From the IMG/VR virus record IMGVR_UViG_3300045988_054790: DNA of 50,162 nt. One strand, given 5' to 3'. How positions within the stretch are numbered: position 1 is the stretch's first letter; every line of letters starts with the position of its first letter. A program made the translations under genes and the position numbers. Source of the stretch: a virus. This document shows positions 44,399 to 50,162 of the stretch, one piece after another. The notes under the pieces were generated by a model. The model did no database searches. It was not told the DNA's origin and worked only from the letters and a program-made list of their open reading frames with translations.

Positions 44399-45031
44399 TC
44401 AATCCAGCGTTTTCCCGAAGATCGGCTCTTTCGCGTCGCTCTCGTCCACATCCACCGGCTCGCCGAGAATGTCCGTCATGCGCCGGGCCAGCATATTGTA
44501 GCCGAACCAGTCCCCACCCTCGGCCCACTCGTTAAATTGCCGGAATACGTCCTCCGTGGCGCGGACGGTCTCATTCAGCCGCTCCAAGCCAAAACCGAGG
44601 GCCTGACGCGCCCCCAGCGCATAGCATTTCACCACGATCTCCGCCGCTTCCCGCCGTTCGCCCAGCAAGGCCCAATCCCGGTTGCTTTTCGGCGCTTTTG
44701 ACGCGGGCAGTACAAAGCGCTCCGTCAGCAGGCCCTCCAGCTCCTCGTTCAGCTTCTTTTTCGCCCTCTCCATGCCCACGCCGCGCTTATTGACGGCAAA
44801 TCGCTCTAACGCGCCGTTTGCGGCGGTGATCACGCGGTCAAGCCGGTCTTTCCCGATGCCGTAGCGGTCATGCAGCGCCACCATGAAGCACAGAGAGATC
44901 ACATGGCCCGCCGCCTCCCGGTTTTTCTCCACCCGCTCGCTCTCCGGCGTTTTCCCGCGCAGATAGCGCGTCTGCGCCTGACGGGCCGCGTTGGTGCCAA
45001 AATGCGCCGGGATATGCTTATTTCTCCTCAT
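44399..45031 (-). CDS. Hypothetical protein (210 aa)
   Basis: Internal ATG (MRRNKHIPAHF...), coupled to the upstream gene. Confidence 0.55.
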   Translation of the reverse strand: MRRNKHIPAHFGTNAARQAQTRYLRGKTPESERVEKNREAAGHVISLCFMVALHDRYGIGKDRLDRVITAANGALERFAVNKRGVGMERAKKKLNEELEGLLTERFVLPASKAPKSNRDWALLGERREAAEIVVKCYALGARQALGFGLERLNETVRATEDVFRQFNEWAEGGDWFGYNMLARRMTDILGEPVDVDESDAKEPIFGKTLD

Positions 45032-45347
45032 GCTCCGCCTCCAGCTTCCCGCAGAACCGCCCGCACATGGGGCAGAACTCCGCGCACAGCACATTCAGCC
45101 CGCCGCCCCGCGCCGTGCTGTCCATCACAAGGCGGGGCCTGCCGTCCTCGCCATATTCCAGCCAGAACGCCGTGCCGTCCACGGTCTCCAGCTTTTGGTG
45201 CCGCTGGCACAGGCCGCACACGGGCATTTCCTCCCGTTTCCGCTCCCTGTCCTCGAACCACGCCAGCTTTGCAAGGGCCACTTCGTAGCCCCTGCTGGAA
45301 TACACGCGCCCGTCGGCGTCGTAGTGCGTCAGCCGTTTTTCCCACAT
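45018..45347 (-). CDS. Hypothetical Cys-containing protein (109 aa)
   Basis: MWEKRLTHYDADGRVY...CGLCQ...CPMCG. Confidence 0.5.
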   Translation of the reverse strand: MWEKRLTHYDADGRVYSSRGYEVALAKLAWFEDRERKREEMPVCGLCQRHQKLETVDGTAFWLEYGEDGRPRLVMDSTARGGGLNVLCAEFCPMCGRFCGKLEAEHEEK

Positions 45348-45853
45348 GATGATACCTCCTCCGCCAGCTCCCGCCAGCGTTTGATTTCTTCCTTGTCCTC
45401 CGCCGTGATGATCTCCGTAAATTTCCAGCCCGCCGGACGGGCGATCAGCTCCAGAAACACCCGCCGCCGCACAGGATAATCCCGCTGCATCCGCCGGACA
45501 AACTTGCTCTTGACCTCCACGATCTCCACCGTGCCGTCGGCATAGGTCAGCCGGAAATCCGCCGTGTACTGAACGCTCCGCAGCTTCACGCCGTTGTATT
45601 CTCCCGCCGGGAACAGCAGAAAGCAGGGATGCGCCTCCCACTTCACGATCTCCCCGCGTCCGACCTTTGGCGCAACGGTGCCGACATAGTATTCATACTC
45701 GCCCCGGCTGTCAAATTTCAGCCCGGACATGGCAGCGGCACGGGCCGCCGCCGTCACGGTGTCGCCCCGCTTTTTCCCTCGCCCGGCAAGCTGTGCCTCT
45801 GCCTGCGCCCGGTAACGCGGCGGCAGATCGGATAGCTCCAGCCGGTACGCCAT
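45329..45853 (-). CDS. DUF1064-like (PD-(D/E)XK nuclease-like) protein
   Basis: KFDSRGEYEYY...VQYTADFRLTYADGTVEIVEVKSKF pattern. Confidence 0.55.
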   Translation of the reverse strand: MAYRLELSDLPPRYRAQAEAQLAGRGKKRGDTVTAAARAAAMSGLKFDSRGEYEYYVGTVAPKVGRGEIVKWEAHPCFLLFPAGEYNGVKLRSVQYTADFRLTYADGTVEIVEVKSKFVRRMQRDYPVRRRVFLELIARPAGWKFTEIITAEDKEEIKRWRELAEEVSSCGKNG

Positions 45854-46393
45854 TCACAGTCCCTCTTCGTGCTTTTCTCTCTGCGTCGCTATCATGTCCG
45901 CGTAATGCAGCTCCAGCACAAGCGGCGTTCTTTCCATGGCAGCATTCAGCGCCCGGCTCCCTCCACGGAAAGCATCGTCATACGCGCCCATGTGCCAGCG
46001 GATGGCAAGGGCCTCGTCGTCTGTCAGCTCCATGTGCTTCATCACGAGATAGACAGACTTCTCCCCGTGTCCCATGGGCATCTGATCTTTCACGGTGTAG
46101 TCGGGATATTCCCCGGCATAGTAGTTCGCCTTGCACACGTCATGCAGCAGCGCCACGATGGCCTGCGTCTGCGGCGAATACAGACCGCGCAGATTGAAAT
46201 TCCCCAGTAGGGCATAATACACATTCAGGCTGTGCTTCACCAGCCCGCCCGGATAGGCCCCGTGAAACCGTGTGCTGGCCGGAGCCGTGAAGAAGTCTGT
46301 GCTTTTCAGCCACTCCAGCAGCTTGTCCGCACCCGGTCTCGTCACCTGTGACAGAAAAATTTGCTCGAAACGTTCGGCATCGTTCATTCTCAT
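45854..46393 (-). CDS. HD-domain phosphohydrolase
   Basis: STRFHGAYPGGLVKHSLNV...ALLHDVCK...GHGEKS. Confidence 0.75.
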   Translation of the reverse strand: MRMNDAERFEQIFLSQVTRPGADKLLEWLKSTDFFTAPASTRFHGAYPGGLVKHSLNVYYALLGNFNLRGLYSPQTQAIVALLHDVCKANYYAGEYPDYTVKDQMPMGHGEKSVYLVMKHMELTDDEALAIRWHMGAYDDAFRGGSRALNAAMERTPLVLELHYADMIATQREKHEEGL

Positions 46394-47244
46394 TTCCTCC
46401 TTTGCCGATATATATTTCCTCGCCCGTGCCAACACTCGGCGCGGCGCAAGATCACAACGGTATGCCGCTGTCCGGCGTTGCTCACCTTGGTTTCCACGCG
46501 GTTGAGCGTGTAGCCGGGGTATTTCTGTTCCCAGAACGCAGCGTCGTCTATGTACACGGTGCTGGCCTCCTCCAGCTTTTTGCGGCTCCACTTGGTATCG
46601 TTGGGCGGCGGTGTCTTTGGTTTTTCCAGTCCACGGCTCTGCCGCCAGCTTCGGGCGCACCGTTTGTTCTTGTTGATATATTTTACAAGGCCCTCCACGC
46701 TTCCGTGGTCAACGGTGAGATATTCCCCTCGTGTTAGGCCAATGCTGTTTCCGTTCTTATCGCTCCACAGCTCCTCCAGCACGTCACGGGTCAGCCCCTC
46801 TGTGTGCTGGATGATCGCGTGGTGATGATGGCGGCCACAGATCGTCCCGTCTGCCATCACCGTTGTGTATTCCGTGGCGGCTACCCACTTTGGGCGCTCC
46901 ACGCCGTTCTTGTCGCACCAGCGATACACCCGCTTGATGTAATTCGTCCAGTCCATATCCGCCCGCTTGGTGTCTCCCGGCGCTGGCAGATGATCGTCGT
47001 CATAGGTTCCCGTCCATGAGAAGTCGCCCTTTCCGAAGTTGGCGTTTACAAGCTGCACATGGTATCTCTTGGAGCGGTTATCGTTGTAGGTCTGCTGGGC
47101 GAGGGTGCAGGCTTCTTTCTTCTTTGCTCTCCGGCTCGCTTTGTGCTGCTTCGGTGTCACGGGGTACAGATCAACCTCCATGTATCCCGCCGTGGCGTAG
47201 TCCTTGCCGCAGATATGCTTTTGTTCCCGATAATACAGGCTCAT
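46390..47244 (-). CDS. HUH-type rolling-circle replication initiator (Rep)
   Basis: FSWTGTY (motif 1-like), GRHHHHAII (HUH) and VEGLVKYINKNKR (catalytic Tyr motif). ATG 47244 follows GGGAGG; the alternative ATG is at 47304. Confidence 0.65.
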   Translation of the reverse strand: MSLYYREQKHICGKDYATAGYMEVDLYPVTPKQHKASRRAKKKEACTLAQQTYNDNRSKRYHVQLVNANFGKGDFSWTGTYDDDHLPAPGDTKRADMDWTNYIKRVYRWCDKNGVERPKWVAATEYTTVMADGTICGRHHHHAIIQHTEGLTRDVLEELWSDKNGNSIGLTRGEYLTVDHGSVEGLVKYINKNKRCARSWRQSRGLEKPKTPPPNDTKWSRKKLEEASTVYIDDAAFWEQKYPGYTLNRVETKVSNAGQRHTVVILRRAECWHGRGNIYRQRRK

Positions 47245-47363
47245 GCGGCCACGCCTCCCTCGTTTTTGCGTGTATGCGCCGTCACCGGCTTGCATACGGG
47301 CCATTTCAACAGTCGTATGCCGTCAGGCACACCCCTGTTTCATGGCTTGTCTCTTAACTTACT

Positions 47364-47400
47364 GCTGGTATACCAGCCCATTGCGGCCCCTCGGCCGCAA
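47364..47400. promoter_or_regulatory. Palindromes upstream of rep: GCTGGTATACCAGC and TTGCGGCC-cctc-GGCCGCAA (candidate origin)
   Basis: A perfect 14-bp palindrome at 47364-47377 and an 8-bp-stem hairpin at 47381-47400, in the 183-bp gap between the MTase and rep genes. Confidence 0.4.
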
Positions 47401-47487
47401 CGAAAATTCTCTCCGGCACCGCCGGAAACAGGTCTCACTTCAACCGGCAAGGCCGCGCCGCTCTCACGGCGCGACCGCCTCCGGTCG

Positions 47488-48264
47488 TCAGATTGTCGTT
47501 TTCTCCGCCAAGATCGGCGCGAGCATCTTTTCTCTCGCCGCCTCGTAGAAACTCTTGTCCACCTCGAACCCGTAGGCGCTGCGCCCCAGCTCGTAGGCGG
47601 CGCGTAATGTGGTGCCGCTCCCGGCCACCGGGTCGATCACCACGTCGCCGGGGTCTGTGAACACTTCAATCAGGCGTTTCAACACGCCCACCGGCTTCTG
47701 CGTGGGATGTATCTTCGGGTACTCCTTTCGGCTGTCCCGCTCCCAGCGGGACCAGTCAAAAACCATGTGCTTTTCGCCGTCCTCGCCGACGTTGCGGAAC
47801 TTCGGCAGCTTGTCCCGGTAGAGGACGACCGCAAATTCCGTCGCGCCCACGATCTTCATGTTGGCTTTTAATACCTGCGCGGAATAGTTCTTGCAGAAAA
47901 ATAGCGGATAGCTTTTTGCAAATCCGTACCGCTTTCCGTACTCGATCACGGTCTGCATCTGCTCAAAGGCGCAGAATACGATCATGGCAGGGGCCTGTCC
48001 CTTTTCCTTTGGCTCCTTTTTCAGCAGCCTGTTGCAGAAGTGCATATACTCCGCGATCTTGAATGTACCGTCCGTGTGGAAAAAGCTCTGCTTTGCCAGC
48101 TTACTTTCCCCGTTCTTGTTGTCGCCGCCCTGATACCACATGGGATTGCTGGCATAGGCATCCGCGCCGATGTTGTACGGGATGTCCGCGATCACAAGCT
48201 GGGCTTTCGGCACATTGTACCGCTTGAAATTCTGAAAATTATCGTGGTATAGCTCGCATTTCAT
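47488..48264 (-). CDS. DNA methyltransferase, beta-class (probable N6-adenine/N4-cytosine)
   Basis: LVIADIPYN (motif IV variant) lies upstream of VIDPVAGSGTT (motif I). ATG 48264. Confidence 0.8.
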   Translation of the reverse strand: MKCELYHDNFQNFKRYNVPKAQLVIADIPYNIGADAYASNPMWYQGGDNKNGESKLAKQSFFHTDGTFKIAEYMHFCNRLLKKEPKEKGQAPAMIVFCAFEQMQTVIEYGKRYGFAKSYPLFFCKNYSAQVLKANMKIVGATEFAVVLYRDKLPKFRNVGEDGEKHMVFDWSRWERDSRKEYPKIHPTQKPVGVLKRLIEVFTDPGDVVIDPVAGSGTTLRAAYELGRSAYGFEVDKSFYEAAREKMLAPILAEKTTI

Positions 48265-48437
48265 ATCGTTTTCTCCCTGCGCCGCCGCATCCGGTAGCAC
48301 AGCTTCCCGCACCTGCGGCAGCAGATGTAATTCGTGTGATACTTCCCGCCGTGCCGGTCGCTCCGGCGGCGTGTGACCTCTATGTATTCCGTCTTGCACG
48401 GGCTGTGCAGCCCCAAGCGGCAAAGCAGCGGCTTCAT
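48261..48437 (-). CDS. Small zinc-ribbon-like protein (58 aa), not in ORF track
   Basis: My translation is MKPLLCRLGLHSPCKTEYIEV...NYICCRRCGKLCYRMRRRREKTI. ATGA overlaps at both ends. Confidence 0.45.
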   Translation of the reverse strand: MKPLLCRLGLHSPCKTEYIEVTRRRSDRHGGKYHTNYICCRRCGKLCYRMRRRREKTI

Positions 48438-48658
48438 CGCCTGTCACCTCTGATTTTCCGCTCGAACTGCTCGATTTCTCCCACGATCAGCCAGCAGAGC
48501 CACGCCAGCACAACGCCGTCAACCCTGCTATCATGCACGATGCCCTCAAAGACGCATTCTGCGCCAATCCAGCACAGGCCGAGCATCACATACAGGAACA
48601 GAAACAGCAGCCCCTTTGCCGCCGCGTTCAGAATACGCTCTGTTGTTCTCCCACTCAT
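48434..48658 (-). CDS. Hypothetical membrane protein (74 aa)
   Basis: ATG 48658 forms an ATGA overlap. Two hydrophobic segments. Confidence 0.5.
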   Translation of the reverse strand: MSGRTTERILNAAAKGLLFLFLYVMLGLCWIGAECVFEGIVHDSRVDGVVLAWLCWLIVGEIEQFERKIRGDRR

Positions 48659-48987
48659 TCCGTCTCCTCGCTTTCCAGATGCAGCAGTTGTTGGAGCTGC
48701 TTCCAAATTCGTAGCGTCCGCTTATCCGTCTTATTGATACATGCCTCGATCAACCGCAGGCGATACAAGATGTCCTCCCTGTCCTGTCGTTTCCCGATCT
48801 CGACCTGTCGTGCGAGTTTCGTATAAGCGGCTTTTCGCGCCTCCTCTGTTCTGTACCACACGCCCAGCTCTTTTCCGCTGGACAGGCCCAAGAACAGCCC
48901 ATATTGCGCATCCCCGCCGCCTCTCCTCGTTTCGATGTACGCAACCTGATCGGGTGGCACAAGATAGTAGCCCTCGAAGTCGATCAT
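48655..48987 (-). CDS. Hypothetical protein (110 aa)
   Basis: ORF track entry; coupled to its neighbours. Confidence 0.55.
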   Translation of the reverse strand: MIDFEGYYLVPPDQVAYIETRRGGGDAQYGLFLGLSSGKELGVWYRTEEARKAAYTKLARQVEIGKRQDREDILYRLRLIEACINKTDKRTLRIWKQLQQLLHLESEETE

Positions 48988-49277
48988 TCCGCACCCTCCA
49001 TCAGAAACACCATCTTTTTCCCGACGTACTCACACCAGTGCTTTTCAAGCTGTGCGCCGGGGCTGTCCTCCCAATCCGGCAAGAACGCCGCCGTGTCGGC
49101 GCTCTCCAGCATGGCAAAGCAGATGCGCATATAGTCCGCCTTTTTCAGCCCCTCCGGCGTGACCGCCGGAGAAATCACCGTTACACCGGCCCGCTCCTCC
49201 AGCTTCTTCGCCGCCGCCGCGAATTTCTCCCTGTAGTTCGGGTCTCCCGTGATCTTTCCGGCCAGATACACTTTCAT
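48984..49277 (-). CDS. DUF4406 / nucleoside 2-deoxyribosyltransferase-like protein
   Basis: MKVYLAGKITGDPNYREKF...YMRICFAMLESADTAAFLPDWEDSPGAQLE pattern. Confidence 0.6.
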   Translation of the reverse strand: MKVYLAGKITGDPNYREKFAAAAKKLEERAGVTVISPAVTPEGLKKADYMRICFAMLESADTAAFLPDWEDSPGAQLEKHWCEYVGKKMVFLMEGAE

Positions 49278-49642
49278 TCCTGCTCGCCTCCCAACTTCTC
49301 CATCTGCTTTCGCTTCCAGTTTTCTGTGTACTGCTCCATGCTCCCGTCAAAGCCCGTGCAGAGAAGCACATCATGCACCGCCTTTCCCTCGTGGGCGCAG
49401 TCTGAGCAGTTTAAGCCGTTGTTGCACGGCGTTTCGCAGAACTGGCACATACAGTTGTCATTGTCGAACGGACACGGATTGACCGCTTCCACAATGATCT
49501 CCCGCCCGCAGCCGGGGCAGAAGTGCCATCCGTTTTCCGTCGGCCCGTCCGCCTCGAAATTCTCGATGTACCCACACGCCCGGCACCGCCAAGCGTCATG
49601 CTCCCGGTCTACGCACTCATATACCGTGCTTTTCTCGCTCAT
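49274..49642 (-). CDS. Hypothetical Cys-rich protein (122 aa)
   Basis: Several CxxC pairs (CRACG, CPGCG, CQFC, CSDC). Confidence 0.55.
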   Translation of the reverse strand: MSEKSTVYECVDREHDAWRCRACGYIENFEADGPTENGWHFCPGCGREIIVEAVNPCPFDNDNCMCQFCETPCNNGLNCSDCAHEGKAVHDVLLCTGFDGSMEQYTENWKRKQMEKLGGEQE

Positions 49643-49684
49643 TTCGCTTCGCCCTCTTTCTCAAAGAAAAATACAAACAGCACC

Positions 49685-49915
49685 TCAAACATTTACATAT
49701 CTGTTCCGGCAGTTCACATTGTTGCAGAAACGCTCGCGCCCGATCTCCCGCAGGCGATGCCCGCAATACTGGCAATAGTCGCCCTGCTGTCGCCGTGGTT
49801 CTTCCTCTGCGTGTGTCCCGCAGTATCTCATGCGGTTCATCAGACACAACACGGAGCCGGGCTGCACCACCGCCGCGCAAACACTTTTCGCTTTACAGTC
49901 GTAGCAATCCATCAC
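49685..49915 (-). CDS. Hypothetical zinc-finger protein (76 aa)
   Basis: CYDC...CQYCG...CNNVNC. Its start overlaps the MTase stop. Confidence 0.5.
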   Translation of the reverse strand: MMDCYDCKAKSVCAAVVQPGSVLCLMNRMRYCGTHAEEEPRRQQGDYCQYCGHRLREIGRERFCNNVNCRNRYVNV

Positions 49916-50162
49916 TCCACCTCCGCTATTCTTCCTGCGGCCATTTCTACATACGAGGGATTGATCTCACATCCCACAAAACCGCGCCCCATGCGTTTAG
50001 GCACCACGCCTGTTGTGCCGCTGCCCGCAAATGGGTCAAGTACAACTCCGCCCTCTGGGCAGCCTGCTATAATGCACGGCTCAATCAGCTTTTCTGGGAA
50101 CACGGCGAAGTGTGCGCCGCGAAATCCGTTTGTGCTTACGCTCCAGACGCTCCGCTTGTTCC
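49912..50162 (-). CDS. C-terminal part of the junction-spanning beta-class DNA methyltransferase (see 1-716)
   Basis: ...FPEKLIEPCIIAGCPEGGVVLDPFAGSGTTGVV...GCEINPSYVEMA. The frame is open to the window end. Confidence 0.85.
   Translation of the reverse strand, partial: NKRSVWSVSTNGFRGAHFAVFPEKLIEPCIIAGCPEGGVVLDPFAGSGTTGVVPKRMGRGFVGCEINPSYVEMAAGRIAEVE
50108..50162. repeat. Terminal direct repeat copy 2
   Basis: Identical to nt 1-55. Confidence 0.95.

Overview
The window is a complete, circularly closed dsDNA phage genome. Its first 55 nt are identical to its last 55 nt, so the unique length is about 50,107 bp. It is high-GC, with a contractile tail (P2/Mu-like sheath, tube and baseplate) and lambda-like head and packaging genes. 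The host is probably Gram-positive and Clostridia-like; this is inferred from the CHAP/SH3 endolysin and the GGAGG ribosome-binding sites.

Layout:
- Minus strand, 35.7 kb down to 7.7 kb: terminase, portal, protease, decoration protein, major capsid, neck, sheath, tube, frameshifted chaperone, tape measure, baseplate, a tail fibre diversified by a diversity-generating retroelement (DGR), and the lysis cassette.
- 6.2-7.6 kb: an IS30-family insertion.
- Minus strand, 6.1 kb through the circular junction down to 43.9 kb: a translationally coupled cluster (many ATGA overlaps). It contains three DNA methyltransferases, a PAPS-reductase-like enzyme, a dUTPase-zinc-ribbon fusion, a DUF4406-like protein, an HUH Rep, an HD hydrolase, a DUF1064-like protein and a sigma-region-4-like regulator.
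- 35.9-37.4 kb: a divergent switch region, with a low-GC 341-aa gene facing a cro-like HTH gene.
- Plus strand, 37.4-43.5 kb: an ORF-poor repeat block, then small plasmid/ICE-like genes driven by promoters with embedded palindromic operators.

Most notable observations:
- A textbook DGR TR/VR pair (15 adenine-only mismatches) whose reverse transcriptase looks broken.
- A cytosine-5 methyltransferase with permuted motif order and an in-frame TAG.
- Repeated leader modules that show covariation between copies.
- Several iteron or operator arrays.
- No recognisable integrase, CI-type repressor or partition genes.

No tRNA, rRNA or CRISPR array was seen.
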